Origin: Eubacteriales bacterium
Lineage (GTDB): Bacteria; Bacillota; Clostridia; Oscillospirales; CAG-272
Assembly: GCA_045544735.1 (NCBI GenBank)
Contig: JAZPZM010000172.1
Location: 1 to 63,157 of the forward strand
Length of the DNA: 63,157 nt
Direction of reading: 5' to 3'
In this document: positions 55,099 to 63,157 of the stretch, in pieces
Numbering within the stretch: the stretch's first letter is position 1
How the letters are laid out: each line of letters begins with the position of its first letter
Made by a program: the position numbers and the translations under genes
Notes under the pieces: model-generated
What the model saw: the letters and a program-made list of their open reading frames with translations, nothing else
What the model was told of the DNA's origin: nothing
The model's database searches: none

Positions 55099-55899
55099 AT
55101 GCTTTCAAATCTACATACGCACACGATACTTTGCGACGGGGCAAATTCCGCCGAGGAGATGATATGCTCCGCTATAGAAAAGGGCTTTTCTTCGCTCGGT
55201 TTTTCGGGTCACGGCTATACGGATTTCGACCTGAGCTACTGTATGAAGGATATGGATGCTTACGTTTCGGAAATACGCCGACTTTCTGAAAAATACAAGG
55301 ATAAGCTCCGCGTGTACGTCGGTGTAGAGGAGGATGCCCGCTGTCCGCTTGACCGCGCGCGCTTCGACTATATCATAGGCTCGTGCCACTACTCCTTAAA
55401 GGACGGCGTTTTTTACTCTCTTGACACAAGCCCCGAGCATTTTGCAAAATGCCTTGATGCGTGGCACGGCGACGGCGCGGCACTTGCCGAGGAGTATTAC
55501 GGTAGCTTTTGCGATTATATATTGAAGCGTCGCCCCGATATAATAGGGCACTTTGACCTTCTTACGAAATACAAGGAAATAGGTGTTTCGGATTTTTTTG
55601 CCTCGGCGGAATATCAGCGCATAGCGGAAAAGTATACGAAGGTCGCGCTTGGAGCTGATTGCATTTTTGAGGTGAACACGGGCGCGATGGCTCGCGGATA
55701 CCGCACGTCCCCGTACCCCGATGTCGAGCTTTTGCGCATCATAAAAAACGAAGGCGGGCGCGTTACCCTCTCGTCCGACAGCCATGGCGTCGATACGCTT
55801 GATTTTGCCTTTGACGAGGCGCGCGCGCTTCTGCGCGAGGTGGGCTTTAGGGAACTTTGGGTGATGTCCGACGGCGTATTTAAGCCCGTGGCTACTTGA
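55099..55899 (+). CDS. hisK: Histidinol-phosphatase, PHP family (HisJ/HisK type)
   Basis: 'NLHTHTILCDG', 'GFSGHG', 'GSCHY', 'IGHFD' and 'LSSDSHG' are PHP metal-binding motifs. This step is not encoded in the his operon at 6-13.6 kb. Confidence 0.8.
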   Translation: MLSNLHTHTILCDGANSAEEMICSAIEKGFSSLGFSGHGYTDFDLSYCMKDMDAYVSEIRRLSEKYKDKLRVYVGVEEDARCPLDRARFDYIIGSCHYSLKDGVFYSLDTSPEHFAKCLDAWHGDGAALAEEYYGSFCDYILKRRPDIIGHFDLLTKYKEIGVSDFFASAEYQRIAEKYTKVALGADCIFEVNTGAMARGYRTSPYPDVELLRIIKNEGGRVTLSSDSHGVDTLDFAFDEARALLREVGFRELWVMSDGVFKPVAT

Positions 55900-55974
55900 C
55901 AAAAAAGAATATAAGATATATAATAATATGTAATTTATAAAACACGTTGCGGCGCGACCGCACGGGAGGTTTTA

Positions 55975-56838
55975 ATGAAAAACAGTCTCCTTTCCTTGAT
56001 AGAGGAGAAGATGCCCGCCTTTTCGAAGGGACAAAGGGCTATTGCAACGTATTTGCTTGAAAACTACGATAAGGTAGCATATATGACCGCCTCAAAGCTC
56101 GGTGGGATAGTCGGAGTTTCCGAGTCCACCGTGGTTCGCTTTGCCATTGAGCTTGGCTTTGACGGATACCCCGATATGCAACGCTCCCTTCAGGAGCTTA
56201 TCAGGATGCGCCTGACCTCCGTTCAGAGAATGGACGTTACCGATCTGCTCATTGGCGACGGCGACGTGCTTGACAAGGTGCTTTCGTCGGATATTGAAAA
56301 GCTCAGATACACGCTTGAATGCGTTGACCGCGCGGCGTTTGATGCCGCAACGGATGCGCTTATCAGGGCAAAGCATATTTATATTATGGGTGTTCGCTCG
56401 TCCTCCGTGCTTGCGAGATTTCTCAATTTCAACCTGCGTATGATATTTGACGACGTAAAGCTCGTTCAAACCACGTCGGGAAGCGAGATGTTTGAGCAGA
56501 TACACCACATCGGAGAGGGCGACGTGCTCGTTGCCATCAGCTTTCCGAGATATTCCAAGAGGATAATCAAGGCAGTAGAGTACGCAAAGGAGGTCGGCGC
56601 GCAGGTGATATCCATCACCGACAGCGACCGCTCTCCCATAGCACCGCTTGCCGACCAGCTCCTTATCGCAAGGAGCGATATGGTGTCCTTCGTGGACTCC
56701 CTCGTTGCCCCCCTTTCGATAATAAACGCTATGATAGTGTCCGTAGCCCGTAAAGACCCCGCCACCGTCCGCACAAAGCTCCAGAAGCTTGAGCAGATAT
56801 GGGAAGAGTACGAGGTCTACGACACCGCCTCAAACTGA
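55975..56838 (+). CDS. MurR/RpiR family transcriptional regulator (HTH plus SIS domain)
   Basis: 'SKGQRAIATYLLENYDKVAYMTASKLGGIVGVSESTVVRFA' HTH_6 and the SIS region 'IYIMGVRSSSVLA...VLVAISFPRYSK'. Confidence 0.9.
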   Translation: MKNSLLSLIEEKMPAFSKGQRAIATYLLENYDKVAYMTASKLGGIVGVSESTVVRFAIELGFDGYPDMQRSLQELIRMRLTSVQRMDVTDLLIGDGDVLDKVLSSDIEKLRYTLECVDRAAFDAATDALIRAKHIYIMGVRSSSVLARFLNFNLRMIFDDVKLVQTTSGSEMFEQIHHIGEGDVLVAISFPRYSKRIIKAVEYAKEVGAQVISITDSDRSPIAPLADQLLIARSDMVSFVDSLVAPLSIINAMIVSVARKDPATVRTKLQKLEQIWEEYEVYDTASN

Positions 56839-56839
56839 T

Positions 56840-58081
56840 ATGGCGGGCGTAAGCATTGCCGTCATAGGCGGCGGCGCGGCAGGAATGCTCGCCGCGGCAA
56901 CTGCCGCACGCGCGGGCGCTGACGTTACGGTTTTTGAGCGCAACGGCAAAAACCGTATGGGCAGAAAGCTCGGTATCACGGGCAAGGGAAGATGTAATCT
57001 TACAAACGACGCCACGCGCGACGAATTTCTTGAAAACGTACCGCGCAATCCGAGGTTTATGTTTGCCTCGTTTGCCGCATTCGAGCCGCGCGACGTTATG
57101 GCTTATTTCGAGTCGCTTGGTGTCGAGCTTAAGGTCGAGCGCGGCAGGCGCGTTTTCCCCGTTTCCGACAAGGCGGCGGACATTGTGAACGCCCTCGCGC
57201 GTGAGGTCACGGCGGCTGGCTGTCGCGTTATCGGTGAGCGCGTAAAAGCCGTAAAAAAGAACGACGACGGCACGTTTACCGTTGTTGCCGATAAAGAAAC
57301 GAGCTTTGACAAGGTCATTATCTGCACGGGCGGAATATCCTACCCGCGCACGGGCTCGGAGGGCGACGGATACCGCTTTGCCCGCGAGCTTGGTCATACC
57401 GTTACGGAGCTTACCCCCTCGCTCGTTCCGCTCGTCTGCCGTGGACACCTTTGTCCATTGATGCAAGGGCTTTCCCTCAAAAACGTAGCGCTTACCGTTG
57501 CCGATACCGCATCGGGCAAGGCGGTATGGGAGGATTTCGGTGAGATAATGTTCACTCACTTCGGGCTTACAGGACCTATGGCGCTTTCCGCCTCGGCGCA
57601 TCTTTCCGATATCTCGTCGGGCAGATACGAGGCGCAGATAGACTTAAAGCCCGCGCTTGACGAAAAGGCGCTTGACGCAAGGCTTCTTTCGGATTTTGAA
57701 AAATATAAAAACCGCGACCTTGTAAATTCGCTGTCCGAGCTTCTTCCGCAGAAGATGATAGAGCCCTTCATCGAAATGACGGGCATATCTCCGCGCACGA
57801 AGGTCAATTCTATCACCAAGGAGCAGAGACGGGCGATGATTTCCTGCCTAAAATGCTTCAGGGTGCAGATATCGGGCTTCCGCTCGCTTGACGAGGCTGT
57901 TATCACGCGCGGCGGTGTTTCCGTTAAGGAGATATCTCCGAAAACTATGGAATCCAAAATATGCGACGGACTATATTTTGCGGGCGAGATAATAGACGTT
58001 GACGGATATACGGGCGGCTATAATCTGCAGATCGCTTGGTCGACAGCCCGCGCCGCAGGTATTGCCGCGGCTGAATATTAA
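56840..58081 (+). CDS. HI0933/YhiN-family flavoprotein (BaiN-like NAD(P)/FAD-dependent oxidoreductase)
   Basis: 'IAVIGGGAAGMLAA' dinucleotide fold, 'GKGRCNLTN', 'TGGISYPRTGSEGDGY' and 'FAGEIIDVDGYTGGYNLQ'. Confidence 0.9.
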   Translation: MAGVSIAVIGGGAAGMLAAATAARAGADVTVFERNGKNRMGRKLGITGKGRCNLTNDATRDEFLENVPRNPRFMFASFAAFEPRDVMAYFESLGVELKVERGRRVFPVSDKAADIVNALAREVTAAGCRVIGERVKAVKKNDDGTFTVVADKETSFDKVIICTGGISYPRTGSEGDGYRFARELGHTVTELTPSLVPLVCRGHLCPLMQGLSLKNVALTVADTASGKAVWEDFGEIMFTHFGLTGPMALSASAHLSDISSGRYEAQIDLKPALDEKALDARLLSDFEKYKNRDLVNSLSELLPQKMIEPFIEMTGISPRTKVNSITKEQRRAMISCLKCFRVQISGFRSLDEAVITRGGVSVKEISPKTMESKICDGLYFAGEIIDVDGYTGGYNLQIAWSTARAAGIAAAEY

Positions 58082-58090
58082 GGAGATGCT

Positions 58091-58789
58091 ATGATGAAAA
58101 AGCATTTGAATATCGCTATCGACGGACCGAGCGGAGCGGGAAAGTCCACTCTTGCCAAGGCGATAGCCAAGAAAATGAATATATCCTACGTCGACACGGG
58201 CGCTATCTACCGCACGGTCGGCTACGCCGCACGCCGCGAGGGCATCGAGCCTACGGACCGCGACGCGGTTTGCGCACTCCTTCCGCGCATCAGCGTGGAA
58301 GCGCGTTTTGAGGACGGTGCGCAGTATATGTATCTTGACGGCGAAAATCTCGGTGAGCGCATACGCGAGCACGAGATATCCCACTACGCTTCCGCCGTTT
58401 CCGCTATTCCCGAGGTTCGTCAGTTTCTTTTCGATATGCAACGCTCCATCGCCGCCCAAAACAGCGTGGTAATGGACGGACGCGATATCGGAACTGTAAT
58501 ACTGCCCAATGCCGACGTTAAGATATTCCTTGTCGCGACCTCGCGCAACAGAGCCGAGAGAAGATATAAGGAGCTGCTTGAAAGAGGACAGAGCGCCGTT
58601 TTTGAAAATATACTTGCCGATATCGAGGAGCGCGATGCACGCGACAGCAGCCGCGACGTAGCTCCCCTTAAGCCCGCAGACGATGCCGTTTTGCTTGACA
58701 ATTCGGGCTTTACTCCCGATGAATCGCTCGCGGCGGCTTTGAAGATAATTGAGGAAAGGCTTGATCTCGGAGGCGGCGATGAAAAGTAA
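58091..58789 (+). CDS. cmk: Cytidylate kinase
   Basis: 'IAIDGPSGAGKST', 'YVDTGAIYR' and 'MDGRDIGT'. Confidence 0.95.
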   Translation: MMKKHLNIAIDGPSGAGKSTLAKAIAKKMNISYVDTGAIYRTVGYAARREGIEPTDRDAVCALLPRISVEARFEDGAQYMYLDGENLGERIREHEISHYASAVSAIPEVRQFLFDMQRSIAAQNSVVMDGRDIGTVILPNADVKIFLVATSRNRAERRYKELLERGQSAVFENILADIEERDARDSSRDVAPLKPADDAVLLDNSGFTPDESLAAALKIIEERLDLGGGDEK

Positions 58790-59402
58790 GTTTTACGCGG
58801 TCGCGCATTTTCTTATCGCGTGGCTTGTCAGAATAGTGCTTTTGGTCTTTTCTAAAAACCGCAAGAACGAGCCCAAGCAGAGCGAAGGACCTTATCTCGT
58901 TTGCGCGAACCACATATCGTTTCTTGACCCCGTATACATCTGCGCGGTAATGCGCCGCCAGCAGCCGCGCTTTATGGCAAAGGCGGAGCTTTTCAAGAAC
59001 CCCGTCCTCGCGTGGCTCTTGAGGAGTCTCGGTGCGTATCCCGTTGAGCGCGGAGGCGCGGATGCGGGAGTGCTTAAAAAGAGCATCCGTATGCTGAATG
59101 AGGGCTATTGCGTCGGAATGTTCCCGCAGGGAACGCGCCGACAGGGCGTTGATCCCTCTACCACCACCGTTAGGGGCGGCGTGGGACTTATCGCCGCTAA
59201 CGCGAAGGCTACCGTTCTTCCGGTATTTATAAAATCCAAGGGAAACCGCACGAGATTTTTACGCCCCGTCCGCGTTATCGTGGGCGAGCCGATAAGCTTT
59301 GAGGAGTACACGGCGGGCGGCGAAAAGGCAAGCGATTACGCATATATTTCAAATTACGTTTTCGAGCGTATATGCGCTCTCGGAAAGGACGAGGACAAAT
59401 GA
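58779..59402 (+). CDS. plsC: 1-acyl-sn-glycerol-3-phosphate acyltransferase
   Basis: HX4D 'CANHISFLDP', 'FPQGTR' and 'VLPVFI'. Start at MKSKFY (58779). Confidence 0.9.
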   Translation: MKSKFYAVAHFLIAWLVRIVLLVFSKNRKNEPKQSEGPYLVCANHISFLDPVYICAVMRRQQPRFMAKAELFKNPVLAWLLRSLGAYPVERGGADAGVLKKSIRMLNEGYCVGMFPQGTRRQGVDPSTTTVRGGVGLIAANAKATVLPVFIKSKGNRTRFLRPVRVIVGEPISFEEYTAGGEKASDYAYISNYVFERICALGKDEDK

Positions 59403-61435
59403 GCAGGGTGCGCGTTGCCGCACACGCGGGCTTTTGCTTTGGCGTACGCCGAGCCACCGAGCTTATTGAGGAAAGGCTCAAAAGGGCGGACGGCGAGCGG
59501 ATATACACACTTGGCAGACTCATCCACAACGATACCTATAACGCGCGTCTTGACGCGGCGGGTGTCGTGGCAATAGAGGCAGAGGATATATTGGCAGTTG
59601 CAAAGTCCACCGAAAGCAAGGGCAGGGCAGTAGTCTTTGCACGCGCCCACGGCATTCCCAAGCAGACCGAGCAGCTTCTTGCCGATTGCGCAAAACGGTA
59701 TCCCGATTTTTCCTACGTTGATTGCGCTTGTCCGTACGTTAAAAAGATACATAGGATAGCCGCAGAAAACTCACCGCGCGAGGGCGACGAGAAGGAAAAG
59801 ATATTTATCCTTATCGGCTCTGCAACACACCCCGAAGTCATAAGCATTATGAGTTATTTTGAGGGGCGGGGCTTCGTTTTTGCAAACGCAGACGAGCTTG
59901 AAGAAGCGGCGAAAAGTAAAAAAATTCCATTAGGGGAAGAAATTGTAGCCATTTTGGCGGCACAAACCACACAAAATCTCTCAGAATGGAAAAAATCTTT
60001 GGAAATTATCAAAAAACTATATACAAATCCAATTATTTTTGATACAATATGTAATGTTACGGAAACTCGCCAGCTTGAAGCGGCGCGTTTGGCATCGGAG
60101 TGCGATGCGGTTGTTGTTATCGGCGGTAGCAGCAGCTCAAACACATCGAAGCTTTACACGATATGCAAGGGTGTTTGCAAAAACACCGTGCGTATCAACG
60201 ACGCAGACGAGCTTGACGATAGATTTCCGAGCATCCACAAGAACGTGGTAATTGTTGCCGGTGCATCAACGCCCGACGACATAATAGAGGAGGTATACAA
60301 CAAAATGAGCGAAATCAAAGACAAGGCTGTTATTGAAGAAAGCTTTGACGAAATGCTCAACTCAGCGTTCAAAACATTAAGTTCAGGAGACACCGTTACC
60401 GGTACTGTTATCGCGGTAAACGACGTCGAGCTCAAGCTCGACCTCGGCGCGAAGGTTACCGGCATACTGACCGCCGATCAGATATCCGACGATGCTTCCC
60501 TGAAGCTGAGTCGTGAGTACAAGATCGGTGACGAGATAGATGTTTTTGTTATCAGAGTCAGCGATGTTGACGGATGCGCAACCGTATCTAAAAAGCGCGC
60601 AGACCTTGACAAGAACTGGCACAAGGTAATCGAGGCTAAGGACAACGGTGACACCCTTGAGGGTAAGGTCACCGAGGCCGTTAAGGGCGGAGTAGTAATT
60701 CCGATCTACGGCGCGCGCGTGTTTGTCCCCGCTTCTCAGACCGCTCTGCCCCGCGAGGCAGACCTGTCCACTCTCGTTGGACAGACCGTAAAGTACAAGA
60801 TCATCGAGATCAAGCCCCACGGCAAGAGCGCTATCGGTTCTATCAGAGCCGCAAGCCGCGAGGAGCGCCGTGCTCTTGAGGAGCAGTTCTGGGCAGAGAT
60901 CGAGGTTGGCAAGTACTACACCGGTAAGGTTCGCGGAATGACCGACTACGGCGCATTCATCGACCTCGGTGGAGTTGACGGTATGCTTCACAAGAAGGAA
61001 ATGTCTTGGAGACCCATACATAAGCCTGCCGACATTCTCAACATCGGTGACGAGCTTACCGTTTTCGTTAAGTCCTACGATCCCGAAAAGCGCCAGATCT
61101 CCCTTGGCTATCGTACCGAGGAGTCCCGCCCCTGGAACGTATTTAAGTCACAGTTCAACCTTGGCGACGTTATCGACGTTACCATCTCCAACATCATGAG
61201 CTACGGTGCATTCGCACGCGTAACCGATGACGTTGACGGTCTTATTCACGTTTCCCAGATTTCTACCGAGCGCGTTGAGAACCCCGCCGACGTTCTCACC
61301 ACGGGTCAGCAGGTTACCGTTAAGATCATCAAGATCGACGATGACCAGCAGAGAGTAAGCCTTTCCATGCGTGCCCTTGTTGAAGGTGACAACGCTGACG
61401 AGGCTGATGCCGCAACCGAAGAGGCTGCAGAGTAA
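59399..61435 (+). CDS. ispH: Fusion of 4-hydroxy-3-methylbut-2-enyl diphosphate reductase (IspH) with S1 RNA-binding repeats
   Basis: The N-terminal ~280 aa are IspH ('AGFCFGVRRA', 'HGIP', 'VVIGGSSSSNTSKL'). These are followed by four S1 repeats ('GDTVTGTVIAV', 'LEGKVTEAVKGG', 'YTGKVRGMTDYGAFIDL', 'VIDVTISNIMSYGAFARV'). ATGA overlap with plsC. Confidence 0.9.
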   Translation: MSRVRVAAHAGFCFGVRRATELIEERLKRADGERIYTLGRLIHNDTYNARLDAAGVVAIEAEDILAVAKSTESKGRAVVFARAHGIPKQTEQLLADCAKRYPDFSYVDCACPYVKKIHRIAAENSPREGDEKEKIFILIGSATHPEVISIMSYFEGRGFVFANADELEEAAKSKKIPLGEEIVAILAAQTTQNLSEWKKSLEIIKKLYTNPIIFDTICNVTETRQLEAARLASECDAVVVIGGSSSSNTSKLYTICKGVCKNTVRINDADELDDRFPSIHKNVVIVAGASTPDDIIEEVYNKMSEIKDKAVIEESFDEMLNSAFKTLSSGDTVTGTVIAVNDVELKLDLGAKVTGILTADQISDDASLKLSREYKIGDEIDVFVIRVSDVDGCATVSKKRADLDKNWHKVIEAKDNGDTLEGKVTEAVKGGVVIPIYGARVFVPASQTALPREADLSTLVGQTVKYKIIEIKPHGKSAIGSIRAASREERRALEEQFWAEIEVGKYYTGKVRGMTDYGAFIDLGGVDGMLHKKEMSWRPIHKPADILNIGDELTVFVKSYDPEKRQISLGYRTEESRPWNVFKSQFNLGDVIDVTISNIMSYGAFARVTDDVDGLIHVSQISTERVENPADVLTTGQQVTVKIIKIDDDQQRVSLSMRALVEGDNADEADAATEEAAE

Positions 61436-61441
61436 AAAATC

Positions 61442-61469
61442 AAGGCTGTCCGCAAGGACAGCCTTTTTT
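61442..61469 (+). terminator. Terminator after ispH-S1
   Basis: AAGGCTGTCC-GCAA-GGACAGCCTT followed by a T-run. Confidence 0.9.
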
Positions 61470-61565
61470 AAAAAAATATATACAAAATACTACTTTATAT
61501 GTTGCATTTTTTCACTTTTAATGCTATAATATATATAACCAAATACATAAATGGAGGATTTTCTT

Positions 61566-61805
61566 ATGAAACTCACGGAAACCTATGAGAGCCTGCCTAA
61601 GATCGCTAAGATCATCATTCAGCTTCTTCTCGGCGCTTTTGTTGGCGGCGTTTACCGCATCGTTCGTTATACCGAGACCAAGAACGTCGTGACCCTTGTC
61701 GTTGGACTTCTCGTTCTCTTCACGGGTGTTGGTAACGCTATCGCATGGGTAGTTGACCTTATTACCGAGGCTACTGCGAACCGCATCACCGTACTTGCTG
61801 ACTGA
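61566..61805 (+). CDS. Small two-TM membrane protein, function unknown
   Basis: 79 aa. 'IIIQLLLGAFVGGVY' and 'LVVGLLVLFTGVGNAIAWVV'. GGAGG lies 8 nt upstream, and the gene is bracketed by two strong terminators. Confidence 0.6.
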   Translation: MKLTETYESLPKIAKIIIQLLLGAFVGGVYRIVRYTETKNVVTLVVGLLVLFTGVGNAIAWVVDLITEATANRITVLAD

Positions 61806-61813
61806 TTGCAATA

Positions 61814-61845
61814 TAAAAAACAGCCGCTTGGGCGGCTGTTTTTTA
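61814..61845. terminator. Bidirectional terminator between the small membrane protein gene and the amidohydrolase gene
   Basis: AAAAAA-CAGCCGC-TTGG-GCGGCTG-TTTTTT. Confidence 0.9.
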
Positions 61846-62655
61846 TATTCCGAGAAAATTCTTGGCGTTAAAATAGCATATTTTGTCAAGCTCCTCGTCC
61901 GTAAGTCCGAGGGCGTAGAGCCTTTCAAGCTCGTGATTTGCAAGCATTACGGGGTAGTCCGTGCCGAACATCACCTTGTCCACGCCGAGCTTGTGTATCT
62001 GCTCTGCGGCAAATTCGGGCGTTATCGCCCACAGCGCACTTGACGTATCGTAATAGACGTTTGGCGCACCGATAAGCACGGAAGCCTCGTCCCACGCGGA
62101 ATATCCGCCGAGATGTGCCGCGCCGACGGTAAGGTCGGGGAATTTTTCAAGAATTTTTACGAGCTTTCTCGCCTCCGAGAAGCGATATTCGGGGCGATCG
62201 TCGCCCATGTGGAGATATACGGGGAGCTTTTCGCGCTCGCAGATGGCGTATAGGGGAAGAAGCCTTTCGTCGTCGATATCAACGCCCTGAATGTCGGGGT
62301 GTATTTTAAATCCGCGAATGCCCATGCCCGTGGCGTGTGCAACGACAGCCTCGGTATCAACGCAGTCCTGATGGTATCCGCCGAAGGCGTAAGCCTCAAA
62401 GCCGTTTTCGCAAGCCTCGCGGGCGAGGGCGGCTATCCAATCGTTAACGTGCTCGACCTGGCGGGCGTTCGTCGCGGTAGCAAGCATCAGAGCGCCCGAA
62501 ATGCCGTTGTCGACAGAGGTCGAATAAAGCTCGGAAAACGTGCCGTTGCCCTCTGGAACGAAGTTGTAGAAGCGTCCGAGGCTCACGACCGCCGCGTTTG
62601 ATATCTTTTCGGGATAAACGTGAGTGTGAATATCTATTATTTTTCTGTTTTTCAT
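61843..62655 (-). CDS. Amidohydrolase-2 / TIM-barrel metal-dependent hydrolase
   Basis: 'IIDIHTHV', 'FKIHPDIQG', 'VYLHMGD', 'GAAHLGG' and 'VMFGTDYP'. Confidence 0.85.
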   Translation of the reverse strand: MKNRKIIDIHTHVYPEKISNAAVVSLGRFYNFVPEGNGTFSELYSTSVDNGISGALMLATATNARQVEHVNDWIAALAREACENGFEAYAFGGYHQDCVDTEAVVAHATGMGIRGFKIHPDIQGVDIDDERLLPLYAICEREKLPVYLHMGDDRPEYRFSEARKLVKILEKFPDLTVGAAHLGGYSAWDEASVLIGAPNVYYDTSSALWAITPEFAAEQIHKLGVDKVMFGTDYPVMLANHELERLYALGLTDEELDKICYFNAKNFLGI

Positions 62656-62716
62656 CTTGATTTGCGCCTTTTGCGGTGGTATAATTTATATATCAGCTAA
62701 AAAAGGAGATATAAAA

Positions 62717-63055
62717 ATGGATTGTCTTTTTTGTAAAATAATTGCGGGGGAGATCCCCTCGTCCAAGGTGTATGAGGACGATTACGTCTACGCCTTCCGT
62801 GATATCGCGCCCCAGATGCCCGTTCACGTTCTGGTTATTCCGAAGCTTCATCTCGCCTCTGCGGACGAGGTCAGCGAGGTCAACAGCGTTTACGTTTCAA
62901 AGATATTTGAGGCTATTCCGAAAATTGCCGCGGAAGAGGGTCTGACGGGGGGATATCGCATAATCTCCAACTGCGGAGACGATGCGTGCCAGTCCGTAAA
63001 GCATTTGCACTTCCACATCCTCGGCGGCGGACAGATGTCCGAAAAGATGGCTTGA
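62717..63055 (+). CDS. HIT-family (histidine triad) nucleotide hydrolase
   Basis: 'CLFCKIIAGEIPS' and the triad 'HLHFHILGG'. Start at MDCLF (62717). Confidence 0.9.
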   Translation: MDCLFCKIIAGEIPSSKVYEDDYVYAFRDIAPQMPVHVLVIPKLHLASADEVSEVNSVYVSKIFEAIPKIAAEEGLTGGYRIISNCGDDACQSVKHLHFHILGGGQMSEKMA

Positions 63056-63066
63056 CGTAATTTAAT

Positions 63067-63098
63067 CAGAGTGGAGCTTGCGCGCCACTCTGTTTTTT
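63067..63098 (+). terminator. Terminator after the HIT gene
   Basis: CAGAGTGG-AGCTTGCGCG-CCACTCTG followed by TTTTTT. Confidence 0.85.
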
Positions 63099-63157
63099 AT
63101 TGTAATAGCCAATCTTTTCAAAGAAAAGGTTGGCGTGAAAACCACCAGCAGTGCTGG

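Overview
This 63-kb window looks like chromosomal DNA from a spore-forming, fairly GC-rich member of the Clostridia. I infer an Oscillospiraceae/Ruminococcaceae-like organism from a dockerin protein, an IspH-S1 fusion, and SpoVD/SpoVE/YlbJ/YqfC/YqfD homologues. No searches were run, and ORF-track coordinates include the stop codon.

Most of the window is core housekeeping:
- a TrpR-like yerC gene followed by a complete hisZGDCBHAF-IE operon (5.8-13.6 kb);
- a dcw division/cell-wall cluster, mraZ-rsmH-ftsL-pbp-murF-mraY-ftsW-murG-ftsQ-ftsZ (15.3-27.5 kb);
- a minus-strand block with an amino-acid ABC transporter, uvrA, an interrupted uvrB, a short pyrophosphatase-like gene, vanZ, a Cys-tailed membrane protein and ylbJ (27.5-39.2 kb);
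- yqfC-yqfD-phoH-ybeY-era-recO-mutS2-prs (39.2-47.7 kb);
- mixed metabolism and transport genes up to cmk-plsC-ispH/S1 and a HIT protein.

No rRNA, tRNA, CRISPR array or recognisable defence system was found.

Accessory or unusual content:
1. A visibly AT-richer island at 1-3.8 kb carries MATE, GNAT and XRE genes plus a TnpV/DUF6809 transposon remnant, with no recombinase.
2. Two AT-rich single-gene cassettes share a conserved right-end module. The XRE-TPR cassette (35.3-36.7 kb) is flanked by 76-bp direct repeats of the vanZ 3' end. The DUF3592 cassette (52.70-53.52 kb) has 26-bp terminal inverted repeats and sits inside the loop of a split bidirectional terminator. Neither encodes a transposase. 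This is the most interesting structure here.
3. uvrB carries an in-frame TGA at the conserved Glu of the beta-hairpin.
4. Smaller oddities include a CofE-like ligase next to the his operon, an unusually long FtsL, a Pro-Ala repeat linker in FtsZ, a dockerin-tagged transglutaminase-like protein and an attenuator leader upstream of the MATE gene.
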